Of a DNA stretch of 64,000 nt, positions 12,496 to 26,224 are shown one piece after another (within the stretch, counting starts at the first letter, position 1; each line of letters starts with the position of its first letter). Position numbers and translations under genes: made by a program. Where the stretch lies: NCBI RefSeq assembly GCF_006345805.1, contig NC_043008.1, positions 9,672,001 to 9,736,000 on the forward strand. The letters are read 5' to 3'. The stretch is from Octopus sinensis (Eukaryota). Below the pieces are notes generated by a model, which worked only from the letters and a program-made list of their open reading frames with translations, did not search any database and had not been told where the DNA came from.

Positions 12496-13107
12496 GACGG
12501 GCTTCTTTCAGTTTCTTCTAGCAAATTTACTCACAAAGCTTTGGTCAACAGAAGCTATAGTAGAAGACACTTTCCTAAGGTACCACGCAATGGGACTGAA
12601 ACCAACACCATGTAGTTGGGAAGCAATCTTCTTAACACACAACCACGTTTGAATATTAACTAATTGAATCAACTTAGAATTTCCAACCAAATATCAGAAA
12701 ATGTTTGCCAAATTCTCGATTCCTGTGATCTTACAATCAGATTTACCCCCTCATTATTACGTTTTAGATGATTAATAAGGTAAAAAAAAGTCTAAACAAT
12801 AGTATAATTATATATAAGAATGCAGAAAAAAAAAGGAAAATATAAACTGAATATACAGACGTAGACGTTACCTTAACAATTAAAAGACATTGATATTTCG
12901 AATCTTCTGGTGACTAACTCATCATTAGTAGTAAATTGTTTTGATTCACTAACCGGAAATTTATTTCTGAAATGAAAATCGAACGAAACTATCAGAATAA
13001 GAGATAACACACACACATGCGCATGCATATGTATGTATGTAGTATGTATGTATGTATGTATGTGTATGTAGTATGTATGTATGTATGTATGTATTTATGT
13101 ATGTAGT

Positions 13108-13300
13108 TAATCCAAACATGAAAGCACAAAAAAACACAGCAAAGCGAGGACGTGGAACAAATATAGTTATATGGACGCTCAGGAAGGAAGGAAAGAAGGA
13201 GGGAAACGTTTCGAGCGGAGCTCTTCGTCGGAAAACATAGGAGAAGAAAGATCCAGAGAAGGGAAGACAGAGGAAAAAAATCGCCAACGTACACACGCAT
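13108..13300 (-). mobile_element. Penelope-like short element with hammerhead-like motif
   Basis: Minus strand reads tt-CCGACGA-agagc-tcc-gctc-GAAA-cg-tt (13204-13231). Related to 40262-40464 and 63031-63400. Confidence 0.6.
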
Positions 13301-13303
13301 ATA

Positions 13304-13336
<33 letters not shown>

Positions 13337-13384
13337 TATCTATATATATATATATTATATATATGTATGTATATATATTATATG

Positions 13385-13415
<31 letters not shown>

Positions 13416-13418
13416 GTA

Positions 13419-13454
<36 letters not shown>

Positions 13455-14361
13455 TGTATGTATGTATGTATATATATATATACAAACACAATAACAGAAA
13501 GAGTATAAGAGAGGAGAGAGAGAAAGAGATACAGACATTGATAGATAATGTGTATATATTCCAGGCTTACATATGCGTGTGTATGTATGTGTGTGTGTTA
13601 GTCTGTTCGTGTGAATATGTATCAGTGTGTCAGGTGATGAAGTGGCGCAGTCGTTAGCACGCCGGTTAAAATGTTTTGCTGCATTTCGTCCGTCTTGACA
13701 CTTTAAGTTCAAATTACGCCGAGTTAGAGTTTTGCCTTTCATCCCTTCAGGGTCCATAAAATAAGTACCAGTTGAGCACTGATATTGATGTAAGCGACTT
13801 ACCCACTTTTCCGAAACGGCTGACCTTGTACCAAAATTTGAAACATACATATTACCGTAATGCACCCTCGTGCATTGACTACGTTGATGAACCCCTGAAA
13901 TGGCCACAGGCGACTGTAAATATGGTTTATTTTGCTTGGACATCGGCTTTCTTAAAATGTTTCCCTTTATCTTAAAAAGTAACATTTAATCGTAAAAAAT
14001 TCTTAATCGATGAACTTTTATCTATACCTTACGTATTTATATGTTTCGTATATATACATATTTTTATATTTTTATATATTTATTATTCTAAGTTTTATAT
14101 TGTAAATTTTTTTTAGACGCTGAAGTATAAAATTTTTTTATATTTGCGATAGACTGTACTGACATTTTTTTATGTTTGTCTAAATGAAATATTGTTACAT
14201 CTTCTGTGATTTTCTGCATCTGTATTCTATGTATAAGAAAAAACATTATCTTTCTTTATGTGTGATTAAATCTTCGAGATGTGATATGTTAGGTGGATGA
14301 CCTTAAATTTGTTGTTTGTTCTACTACCAAAGTTTGTTATATATATATATATATATATATA

Positions 14362-14569
14362 TTGGTAAAAACGGTAAGATAACAAAAGAAAGAAAGAGAC
14401 CTCAATATTATGAAAATAGAGGAAATTTATCTATAAAATAATATGTTACATTACTCAATAGTCAAGATAAAACTCTGAGTTTCAGATGCCGAAGAGATGG
14501 TGTTGTGGATTTCCACTTCGGCATATGAAACTCAGAGTTTTATCTTGACTATTGAGTAATGTAACATAT

Positions 14570-14609
<40 letters not shown>

Positions 14610-14799
14610 GTAAATGTAATATGTGACAATTATTTGGTAGACATGATAAAACTCCGAGTTTCGGATGCCGAGGTGGAAATCCACGCTGCCATCTCTTCAG
14701 TACCGAATAATTGTCGCATATTACATTTACAGAATAAACTCCTCTATTTACATAATATCGAGGTCTTTTCTTTCTTTTGTCATGTTACCGTTTTTATCA

Positions 14800-14800
<1 letters not shown>
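14362..14800. mobile_element. Nested fold-back Penelope-like element with hammerhead motif
   Basis: Outer arms 14362-14440 and 14715-14800 plus inner hairpins. Minus strand 14700->14646 reads CTGAAGA-gatg..gtggatttccac..catcc-GAAA-ctcggag-tt. Confidence 0.7.
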
Positions 14801-14851
<51 letters not shown>

Positions 14852-15604
14852 CTTTAAATACTTTTTTTTTGCACAAAATGGGTTTCTTTTCTAAATGGAA
14901 TCTAAATTCTCTTGGTTTTTTGCTTTATTATAACAGACCAACCCTAGCTTAGAGTGTGTGATGCACCAATCCTTTGAGTTGTAATGCTAGTGTGTGTGTG
15001 CGTCTCTTTGTGTATGTGTGTTTATATGTCTGTGGGTCCGTGTGCCTGTGAATCTGTGTGTCTCTTGTGTGTGCGGGATTTTATCTTAACGCAGTAGAGA
15101 TTGAAGCAAAGTTCCTAAAAGTTTTGATTTGCATTCAAACATTTTAGAAAGATCGAGTGAAAACTCTGATTTCGAGAAAGTCAACGATATCATCTTAATT
15201 TAGAATCTAGCTAATCCTAATCCTAATCAGCTTCAGAAGTCTTATCATAAAGAGACGATGACACTGGTGACTATATCCTAGTTAAGGTGGGAAAAGTTGT
15301 AAATAACCAAACATGAAATGATGCTTCAAATGTTTGTGCTGTTACTACAGAAATGGTAAAATGTGAAGAAAAATCTAACGTAATGGATATGAATTATTTG
15401 TAAGAAAATCAAGGATTCGAGAGACGTATTTGAAGACTTGCAGGAAGATAGGTTGTATTTAAGAGATTTTGTGTAAAATATAGAACTAAAAAGGGATTGC
15501 ATTTGTGCGCGCGCGCGTGTGTGTGTGTGTGTGTGTGTGTGAAAAACACTGGGTCGACATTGGGGTTAATTTATAATTTATAATTATATTTATCTCTAGA
15601 AAAA

Positions 15605-16010
15605 GGCGCAGGAGTGGCTGTGTGGTAAGTAGCTTGCCTACCAACCACATGGTTCCGGGTTCAGTCCCACTGCGTGGCACCTTGGGCAAGTGTCTTCTAC
15701 TATAGCCTCGGGCTGACCAAAGCCTTGTGAGTGGATTTGGTAGACGGAAACTGAAAGAAGCCTGTCGTATATATGTATATATGTGTGTGTGTGTGTGTAT
15801 GTTTGTGTGTCTGTTTGTCCCCCTAGCATTGCTTGACAACCGATGCTGGTGTGTTTATGTCCCCGTCACTTAGCGGTTCGGCAAAAGAGACCGATAGAAT
15901 AAGTACTGGGCTTACAAAAGAATAAGTCCCGGGGTCGAGTTGCTCGACTAAAAGGCGGTGCTCCAGCATGGCGGCGGTCAAAATGACTGAAACAAGGAAA
16001 AAGAAAAAAA
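15605..16010 (+). mobile_element. SINE family A (full length), inserted into a Helitron 5' end
   Basis: Same family as 5829. Flanked by tatctct (15591-15597) and atatataaacggcaaaatgt (~16025), the start of the Helitron family. Confidence 0.9.
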
Positions 16011-16040
16011 GAAAAAGAAAGAATATATATAAACGGCAAA

Positions 16041-16087
<47 letters not shown>

Positions 16088-16829
16088 CCAGGGAGTGTTT
16101 ATTGTTTCCTTATTAGGCACGAGATAGTCGTTACAAACAGTGACACCATTTTGTTGCCCAGTCAAGGCCTCAATCAAACATGTCCAACGGTGTGTCAACG
16201 AGAAAGAATCCTGCAACTTCTAAACTTCTCCTTTAATCATGTTTCAATGACTTGACTGCAGTACTTCATCCAAAGTCGTTCACCGTATTCAAGGAATTAT
16301 TCACACACATTATAAGAACTGCATAAAGGTTGATAAGAGGTAAAGGTACGAATATGAAGCGAAGAGGAAATTTCTGAAAGAGTTCTTACAGTCTGTATTT
16401 CAATTTGTATTGATAATTAATTAGGTTTTAGTTGGGAAACGTGAAGTAGCCGCATAGAATCGACAAAAGGATGACATTTGTAACGGAACAAAAGCGTAAA
16501 GTCTCTCATGAACGCAGCCATGTGTGATGAAAGGAGCAATGAACAGTGTTGCTGGTTGTCGTAAATTCAATTACCAGCCTAGAAAAATGTATACGTTTCG
16601 TTGACTGCCTGCACTGTTGGAATTTCTCTTAACAACAAAGAGGCTTTTGAAAAGTAAATAAGTTACAAGTTGTAAAACGTATCGGTCAACACAGCAGGTT
16701 TAACCCCTTAACGTATAAACTGACCACATCCGGCCCAAATATTCAAACCAACCATATTTGGCCTCTCATATTTACCTTACAATATCATATCATCAACATC
16801 TCGAAACTACGACATAATGTAGGATGGAT

Positions 16830-17151
16830 GGATCTTTTCTTTTTGAAGGCCAGATTTCAACACAATTTCTAGTTAACTAAACACTTTTAAACTTCGTATA
16901 CTGGTAGAATGTGTTTATAAAACATCATTTTTTCTTGGCTTTATTGAGAAAATTTTATATCTTATAACATATTTCCACTTTAAAATCGAGCATTTTCGCA
17001 ATTTTAACCAATCGATTACCTCCATTTAGGTAAACAACATAAGAGAAAAAAAAATGTTTTATTTTGACACATTCTACCAGTATACGAAGATTTAAAGTAT
17101 TTAGTTAACTAGAAATTGTGTTGAAATCTGGCCTTCAAAAGGAAAAGATCC
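16830..17151. mobile_element. MITE with ~85-bp TIRs and 8-bp TSD
   Basis: GGATCTTTTC...GAAAAGATCC ends; TSD ggatggat at 16822-16829 and 17152-17159. Confidence 0.9.
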
Positions 17152-17561
17152 GGATGGATTAATTCAAAAGAATGTGATTGAATAAGCATTACATTTGACA
17201 GAGTAATCTTAATTCTAAGGAGTTAGAATACAAACTACAAAGAAGCTTTTGCTAATTAACAAACAACAAACCTTCAGGTGAAATAATTTATCAAATTTGT
17301 ATAATCAGCGATCACTGGACAATGTGAAAAAGGTAATCACTTTTGTGCTTTACCTGTTTCAGTCATTAGACTTCAGCCATGCTGGGGCACCTTGAAGAAA
17401 TTTTAGTCGAAGGGGTCAACTCATGTTCTTCTTTTTTTTTATCGTTGTCTCTTGCCGAACCACTAAGTGATGGGAACGTAAACATACCAACAACGGTTTT
17501 CAAGCGGAAGTGGGTAACAAACACACATACACATACATACATACATACATACATACATACA

Positions 17562-17597
<36 letters not shown>

Positions 17598-17675
17598 TAT
17601 ATACATATATATTATATATATATATATATATATAACTTAGCGATTCGGCAAAAGTAAACGATATATTAATATATT

Positions 17676-18430
17676 CTTTTACTTGCTTCAGTCATTTGAC
17701 TGCGGCCATGCTGGAGCACTGCCTTTAGTCGAAGAAATCGACCCCAGGACTTATTCTTTGTAGGCCTAGTACTTATTCTATTGGTGTCTTTTGACGAACC
17801 ACTAAGTTACGGGGGATGTAAACACACGAGCACCGATTGTCAAGCGATGGCGGGAAAAAACACAGAAACACAAATACATGTGTGTGTGTGTGTTTATACA
17901 TACATACATACACACATACATACACACATACATACACATACATATACACATACATACATACATACACACACATACACACATACACACTTACACACATACG
18001 TACATACATACATACGTTCATACATGCATACATACATACATACATACATACATACATACATACATACATACATACATACATACATACATACATACACACA
18101 CATACACACATACACACTTACACACATACGTACATACATACATTCATACATACATGCATACATACATACATACATACATACATACATACATACATACATA
18201 CATACATTCATACATACATACATACATACATACATACATACATACATACATACATTCATTCATACATACATACATACATACATACATACACACACACACA
18301 TACACACATACATACATACATACATACATATGACCGACGGGCTTTTTTCAGTTTCGCTCTACCAAATCCACTCGCAAGGCTTTGGTTTTCTTGAGGCTAT
18401 AGTATAAATCACTTGACCAAGGTGCCACGC
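17676..18430 (-). mobile_element. SINE family A with expanded internal (CATA)n
   Basis: Family A 3' and 5' halves separated by ~450 bp of microsatellite. Confidence 0.85.
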
Positions 18431-18829
18431 AATTTTCTACCACACAGTCTCACCCACGCCTAATAATAGACATGTTTAACGGCAAATTCCCCCTTAGAAA
18501 TTTTTTCTCGACATTAGGTGATAAGAATTGTTCTCCGGCATTTAAACATAATTGATAGCTGAGTGCTTAATTAATGCGTTGATTAACCATTGATTAAATG
18601 TATTCATTAAAATACACAAACTGGAATTTAACATGTTTTACGCTAACCTCAAAATATTGGTTGCAAATTTTAACACAATACCGGTAAAGTGTAGTGAGGA
18701 GTTAAGTCGAATACATTGACCCCAGTGTCGATCCCAGTGTTCAACTGGTACTTATTTTATTGCCCCCGAAAGGTGTCAAAGGCAATGTCGACTCTCTACG
18801 CCTCTATTCCACTGTTTTCATTAAAAATA

Positions 18830-19310
18830 TATTTCTTTATTGCCCACAAGGGGCTAAACATAGAGGGGACAAACAAAGACAGACAAAGGGATTAAGTCAA
18901 CTACATCGACCCCAGTGCGCAACTGGTACTTTATTTATCGACCCCGAAAGGATGAAAGGCAAAGTCGACCTCGGCGGTGTTTGAACCCAGAACGTAACGA
19001 CAGATGAAATACTGCTGAGCATTTCGCCCGGCGTGCTAACGTTTCTGCCATTCATTAAAAATAATCTATTTAGCGTACATTGATAGGTTTCAAATTGGTT
19101 TCAAATTGGTTTCAAATTTTGGCACAAGGCCGGCAATCTTGGGAGGAGGGGTAAATCGGTTGCATCGACCCCAGTGCTAAACTGGTACATATTTTATCGA
19201 CCTCGGAAGGTTGAAAGGCAAAGTTGACCACAAAGGAATTTGAACTCAGACAGACGAAATGCCGCCAAGCATTTTGCCCGGCGTGCTAACGGGTTTTCCA
19301 ACTCGCCGCC
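18830..19310 (-). mobile_element. Two adjacent SINE family B copies
   Basis: Reverse complement of the family B body; the first has the Tx1-like tail, the second the alternative tail. Confidence 0.8.
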
Positions 19311-19400
19311 TTCACTCAACTCAAAAATATCAGAAATATTCAATGTAAGGAAAGAATAGAAGGAAAAGAAGCGGATGTTTACGAGGAATAAATAATAAAT

Positions 19401-19702
19401 AGCCTTGTGAGTTGTTTTAGTAGACGGAAACTGAAAGAAGCCCATCAGATATATGTATATATATGTATATGTATGTGTGTGTATATATGTTTCTGTGTCT
19501 GTGTTTGTCCCCCCAACATCACTTGACAACCGATGTTGGTGTGTTTACTTCCCTGTAACTTAGCAGTTCGGCAAAAAGAAATCGATAGTATAAGTACTAG
19601 GCTTACAAAGAATAAGTCCTGGGGTGGATTTGCTCGATTAAAGGTGGTGCTCCAGCATGGCTGCAGTCAAATGACTGAAACAAGTAAGAGAGTAAAAGAG
19701 TA
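19401..19702 (+). mobile_element. 5'-truncated SINE family A
   Basis: agccttgtgag...gactgaaacaagtaagagagtaaaagag. Confidence 0.85.
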
Positions 19703-20551
19703 AATAATCACTTTTCTGTGGGTTTTTTCTGTCTACTAATAATATCCTCAAACCGAAGTTAATGCTTGGGATCATCCAACAGTTTAGCCATTGGAATGAT
19801 ACATTAAGTCTTATGGATTCTGTCGGTTCAGTAAATTTCTAAGACAAATCATCTTAAAATGTAGCAGAAATTAAAGATATTAGTAACAGAAAGTATCAAA
19901 ACACTGAAACGGAATGTTCCAGTCGTCAAATATTTCTTAGTGGAAGTTTAAAGTTTACTCGAAGACCTATTTGGAATCGATTTTGGCAAATAGTCAATGT
20001 TTTCTGTCTCTTCCAATCTGTTCAAACAACTATTAAACTTGTTGGTAACTATAATAAATAAGATACTTTGTTTTTGGCTGACTTGCAAAGTTATATACGT
20101 ATGTTTATGTGTGGGTTGGCATGTATGATTATGCGTGTGTGTGTGTGTGTGTGTGTGGTGTGTGTGTATGTGTGTGTATCGTATAGTATAACTGAGCACT
20201 TGTTAGTATACACATATTATCTATCTATTTTGAAAAGGAGATATACATGTATACAAACAAGCAAGCAAGCACGCAAACACACATATACATACACACATAC
20301 ACAGACACACACACACACACGCGCGCGCGCGCGCGCACACACACACACACACGCACGCACACACGTACACACACGCACATACACATATACACACACACAT
20401 ACACATACTAGAGAGAACGAAAGGAAGTTGCACCAAACATAATACAAAAGTGGGCAGAAGGAATATTTACAAGTTATTCAAATTGCGTATGTTGTTAAGT
20501 AATTCTTCGTCTATAGAAACGCTTCTTCATGTTCTTCATTGCACGCAAATA

Positions 20552-20660
20552 ATGCGTTTCAAACAGAGGCAGCATGCTGTCAGTGAATTCTTCTCAAAGG
20601 AGGCGTGCAGACTGGCTGACAACCACAGAAAGTTACTGGTTGTTTACGGAGATAAAAGGA
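20552..20660 (+). mobile_element. Mariner transposase N-terminal relic
   Basis: MRFKQRQHAVSEFFSKEACRLADNHRKLLVVYGDK resembles the mariner N-terminal HTH pattern QRAVIEFL..EG...EIHRRL..VYGD. Confidence 0.6.
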
Positions 20661-20960
20661 AAGTGTTTTTAAAAGCTAAACGTAAAATAGTAGCTAAAAC
20701 GTTTAGGACCATTACATATGCAAATGTCATACACAGCATTGAGTGCAGCAATGGATTTTAACATCTTAACTAATCAATAAGGATCTCAATGTAGAAAATC
20801 AGGCCTGGGGTTATATAAAAACGAACGGACTAAAATGACAGATTTCTCAAACAAATTACTTCCGCGATGATCTCCACTTCCACACCTGCCTACAATATTA
20901 AGTAACACCTTATATATGAATTGGTGAACAAAGTTAATTTATAATTTATAATTATATTTA

Positions 20961-21341
20961 TCTCTCTATATATAAACGGCAAAATGTCTGTCTCTGTGCG
21001 TGCGTGTCCTATATACAAATCCACAATTTTTCAGTTAGAGGGCTTGCACTTTCCGCACTTTCTATGGTCATTCAAAACCGTCCAAGGGTGGTCGTGCACA
21101 TCTTTACATTTCCCCAGTCACCCCGCAAAGCCATTAAAAAATCAATAGAAGTGACCTTTTTGTGAATTTTCTATCCAAAACCCAATCAAAATGCCCGAAA
21201 CTTGATTCGCCAATTGAATGCCAGCTAGCTGTATGCGATTGGTCGGAGATTTGGAGAGTACTCGCGTGTATGTGCGCACGCACGCAGCTGTATATGCATG
21301 CACTAGCACTATGACACGGCGTTGTCGGGTTATATTGCTAG
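20961..21341 (+). mobile_element. Non-autonomous Helitron
   Basis: A|TC start and CTAG|T end; subterminal hairpin gcactatgacacggc-gtt-gtcgggttatattgc; no TSD. Second copy at 26682. Confidence 0.85.
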
Positions 21342-23534
21342 TAATTTATAAATGTTGTAACTTCTTTAAAGTGTCTGTTAATTTTGCCAAAATAAACGCA
21401 AGTGTACGTGTGTCTGTGAGTGCGCGAGCGTGTGTGTGTATCTCTGTGTGTGCAAAGATGTTTGTATATTCTTTGGTGAAAAGAAAAGGGCACAGAGAGA
21501 AGGGAAGATTTCTGCAAACAAACACTACACCGAACGAAATCGGACAGTCTATTAAAAATAAAAATTTTATATCTATATATTATTCGTAAATCAATTCCGG
21601 ATAAACGATTGTCCTAAATCATGTTTTATATATCAATTAGATACCCCAGTATGGCCGCAATACAACGACTGAAACAAGTAAAAGATTGAAGATAAAATAT
21701 ATATAGCTTTATATATATGTAAATGTATATGTAAATGTATGTATGTATGTATGTATGTGTGTGTGTGTATGTATGTATGTATGTATGTATGTATGTATGT
21801 ATGTATGTATGTATGTACATATGTATGTGTGTATGTGTATTTGTCAAATTCCCATACAGTCCTCTTTTCACATTTTGTTTTGGTAATTTTATAATTTTAC
21901 AATATTGCAAGTACTTTCATGTTTTGTAAATCTTCAGGTAAATGTTTAGGTAGGAGCTGAATTAACAAACAGCTAATGTGTCTCACGTTTGGCAACTGTA
22001 ACGAAATGATTGAAGTTTTCCTTTAAACTCCTTTCGATAGGTTCCAGCAGGCAGAAGCTTATAAACGCCATTTTAACCAATCGGTGTTCGGCTGAGGCGT
22101 CACAGATTGATGGACTTCATATGCACAGTTGACATTAACATTATAACCAATCGATGACATCAGCATCTTTTCTCTTATACTCCTTTTAATTTCACTTGAA
22201 TCGTAAAGTTTGTAAAATAGAAATATTAGAACATTTTCCAGTCGCATGTTTCTAAGTGATTGCTTAATAGTATTTGACGGACTTTACGGTTTCCAGCGGC
22301 GAGCTGACAGAATCGTTAGCATGCCGGACAAATGCTTAACGGCATTTCGTCCGTCTTTATGTTCTGAGTCCAAAAAAAGCCGAGATAGGTTTTACTTGTC
22401 ACCCTTTCGATGTTGATAAAAAAGGAAATCGATTTACCCCCCCCCCCTCCCGCTGAAATTACTGGCCATGCGAAATCAATAGTTTATTGAGTTCTTGATT
22501 AAATTTACGATTCTCCTTTGGATTTCAAAATTTACAACCAGGAATTTTGTTTGGAAAATGCAAAAAAATATACAAAAAAATCTGTGAAGCACCATTTCCA
22601 TTCTGGTAAAAACACATATCGGCAGTTTTCCAGAATAAACCATAACTATATATATTCCCCTGTTAAACTTAGGCTTTTTCCCAAACCTTGCAATCTCCTG
22701 AATATGGAAGGTCCATTATATATTCTGTTGTGTCTGGGGAGAGTCATTTTCTTTTTGTGCCTTATGATGTAACACACTCACCGGTAAAATTTCCACTTTT
22801 TTCTAATTTCTATTTTCCTAATATTTTCGTTGTGTCTTGCAACCTTTTCAATAGTCTTAACTCTCATTATATATTCTTAACCCGACTAAATTCTTTTTAA
22901 TTCGTAATTTCAGCACAATGTTTATTCTGTTCGTTTTATTTTAGTTTCATTTCGATTTAATAAAAGTGAAAATAAAAATAATATTTTAGAATTAGCCTCA
23001 GTGTATGAAGTGTCTATATTTTTACATTAAGTGCAAAACAAATCTTTAGGTAGTAATTTAATATTACAATTATTACGACATCACGTCTGGTACACTGATT
23101 CAAATGAGTACGTTTATGGAATAAACAGATATGAAAAAAAATGTTAATCAACACAGATGCTGCATGGTCGATATTTAAATCATTGATTTCTCTGTAGAAA
23201 TGTCTCTAACACTAAAAAATAAGAATCATTTAATCAAAAGTAACCGAATAATTAAGAATCGGAATTAGCAGCATATATATGTTATGTATGTATGCATGTC
23301 AGTGTGTATGTATGTATGTGTGTGTGTGTGTTTGTATATATGTGTGTGTGTGTGTATGTATGTATGTGTGTATGTATGTATTTTTGTGAAAGGCTTTCAC
23401 TCAGTTTCCGCCTTACAAACTCTCTAACAATTTTATAGTGGAAAACACTTGCTCGAGATGCTGCACCGTGAGATTGAACCTGAAACCACGGCACAAAAAG
23501 AGAACTTCTTAACCACACAGCCATGTCTACGCCT

Positions 23535-23535
23535 A

Positions 23536-23572
<37 letters not shown>

Positions 23573-23744
23573 ATCTATCTATCTATCTCTCTATTTACCT
23601 ACCTATCTACCTATCTATCTACTTATCTATCTATCTACCTACCTACCTATCTATCTATTTATCTGTCTGTATATCTATCTATCTATCTATCTATCTATCT
23701 AACTATCTATCCATCCATCCTTCCATCCAGTTATCCATCCATCC

Positions 23745-23803
<59 letters not shown>

Positions 23804-23850
23804 CATCTATCTATCTATCTACCTATCCATCTATCTATCTATCTATCTAG
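23535..23850. repeat. (TATC)n/(CATC)n microsatellite
   Basis: Direct reading. Confidence 0.9.
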
Positions 23851-24454
23851 GCATACCTAATATACATATCTCTGTGTCTTCTTTATCCTGCACTATTCAC
23901 AAATTCTATTATCGTTTACTTAACTCATCGGTTTTCAATACCTTTCCCCCATTGTCTCGCATCCCGTTCGGTTGCATATTCAGTATCTCATAGCTGTTTC
24001 ACGTAGAGACAGCCTAGCTCTAAACGCTACTGTATACTTCATATAAGGTGACACTAAGATATACATTGATTTAGTTTACATTTCATATGGGATTCTGGTG
24101 ACATAATGCAATCCAATTCTAGACATAATTTTCATTTGTTTAAGTCAGTGGATGTCAAATATTAATTAAAATAATTAATAAATTACTAACGTAAAATTAC
24201 CTAAACAATTATGGGATAGCATCTCCCAATATTTTTACTTTATTTTCTTTTTTATCCACATGTACAAATTCCAAACCACAAATTCTTTTATCGATTGAAC
24301 AAATTCGATTTTTCCACAGAAATCGAACATTTTAAAATAAATTTATTAACAACGAGAAAATTTCCTGTCGTTCATTTCCTTGTTATATTTCGAGGAAGAT
24401 TTCGATCATATATCGATTTCGTTCCGTATATCGATTTTGTCCACGACCGTCATT

Positions 24455-24582
24455 TTATCTCTGGACCTTAAACCTGTCCTTTTCCTTGATGACATGTCTT
24501 GGAGAAATTGGGTTTCTTGGGATTATTCCCACTTCAAGAGTGGAGTTGGTCTTTATAGCCTTTTGATGATTATGACGCATCC
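24455..24582 (-). CDS. Candidate terminal coding exon of an unidentified host gene
   Basis: Acceptor-like ttatctctgcttcttAG; open frame (gg)MRHNHQKAIKTNSTLEVGIIPRNPISPRHVIKEKDRFKVQR*. Followed by ~550 bp of non-repetitive AT-rich sequence containing AATAAA. No homolog recognised. Confidence 0.25.
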
Positions 24583-24669
24583 CTAAGAAGCAGAGATAAT
24601 TTTAATGAAGCAAGATTTTATGTTATTGGTAAACTGTTATTTCATTGAGACTGCATACACATATACGTG

Positions 24670-24718
<49 letters not shown>

Positions 24719-24741
24719 TATATATAATATATATATAAAAT

Positions 24742-25555
24742 ATTATTGGTGAATTGAAGAAATGGAGCTGAACGAAGATTGAACAGAAATCGTTTTATTT
24801 CATTCTACACGTGTTTCGAAAGGCACAATTTACCAAAATCCGATTGAATAATGAGACCATATTGTGTCTTTCTCTTCAGGAAGAAATAGGAAATCCGTTG
24901 GAAAAAACAAAAACAGAACAGAGGCGGAGCAAAACAAATCGAACTAGGCTCCTAAGAGCCCATGGCAAAACTGTTTATCAGTGTATGTTGAGAACCGGTG
25001 GTTGAAGATTTTAACGGGTCAGGCAGCGGTCATTCCTGTGGGTGAGGGTGTGTAGATGTTCTTTGTGACCGAGAATAAAGTTCTGACTATTTAAGGAATA
25101 TTGGATGTTTTATAAGGGGCGAGAAAAAATCTACTTAGAGACATGTGTGTGTTTACTGTTCTATATATTGTGTGCTGGCGCAGGTTGGCAAGACCTCCGT
25201 CAAGGGGTTAAAACATTTTTTGTGTACGTGTGTGCGTTTGATCGCTCGGCTGTCATGGGTTAAGCCGCTCTACACAATGGCTACTGCAGTAAGAACCGTT
25301 GGGTGGCAGAAAAAAAATATTATGTTTTATGTGTGCGTGTGTTCGTCTGAACCTGCCTTGTCAAGGAAACCCCCCGTCGTCAAAAAACAAAGCCCCGTTT
25401 ATCTTACAGGAGTAATTCCCCTTGCAGTGGTTAATCGTAATTATCTTAAAGGCTATTTCAGAATTTGTTACCAAGGCTATGGGTGCAGTATTATTTATAA
25501 ACGCTATTTAAAAGCCAGATAGTGTAACGCCGCCAATGGGGGCATCGAAAAGCCG

Positions 25556-25557
<2 letters not shown>
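24742..25557 (-). mobile_element. Non-coding Penelope-like/retrozyme-like element between (TA)n tracts
   Basis: ~815 bp bounded by (TA)n, with a complete hammerhead motif near its 3' end. Confidence 0.65.
24803..24882 (-). ncRNA. Type-I hammerhead ribozyme motif, canonical core
   Basis: ttc-CTGAAGA-gaaagacacaat...attgtgcctttc-GAAA-cacgtg-TA-gaa; palindromic helix III ACACGTGT. Confidence 0.8.
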
Positions 25558-25587
<30 letters not shown>

Positions 25588-25811
25588 TATATAATATATA
25601 TTATATATATATATACATATATAATACATATATATATACATATATACATATATATATACATATATATACACAAATATTTATATATATACATATACATGTA
25701 TAAATATATATATATATACATATATACATATATATATATATACACACACACACATATATATATATATATACATACATATATATATATATACATACATATA
25801 TACATATATAT

Positions 25812-25843
<32 letters not shown>

Positions 25844-25850
25844 CCCACAC

Positions 25851-25892
<42 letters not shown>

Positions 25893-26224
25893 AGTATGCA
25901 TGTATGTGATTGTGTGAATAAACAAATTAGATACATTAAATATATTGAATATATTAAGTATTAGTTTGGGTATGAACCCTTATATTTAATATATTTAATC
26001 TAATTAGTGTATCTAATTTGTTTATCTGCATAATTGCCTCTATACGCGCTCAAACTGATCCCTCTTGAAGCCTTTCTTTACCCTGTGGAATCGATCCCCT
26101 GTAAAGACCTTGGAGTCTAAGTTTGTATCTTTAGAGAAGATACGGAGAATCTCTGGTTCTCACTTGTAGACAATATATGTGTATGCGTATATGTTTGTAT
26201 GTATGTATGTATGTATGTATGTGT

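Noticed and set aside
13884-13910. TTGATGA-acccct-GAAA-tggcca hammerhead-like motif
   Set aside because: Helices I and II do not pair; at best a heavily decayed copy.
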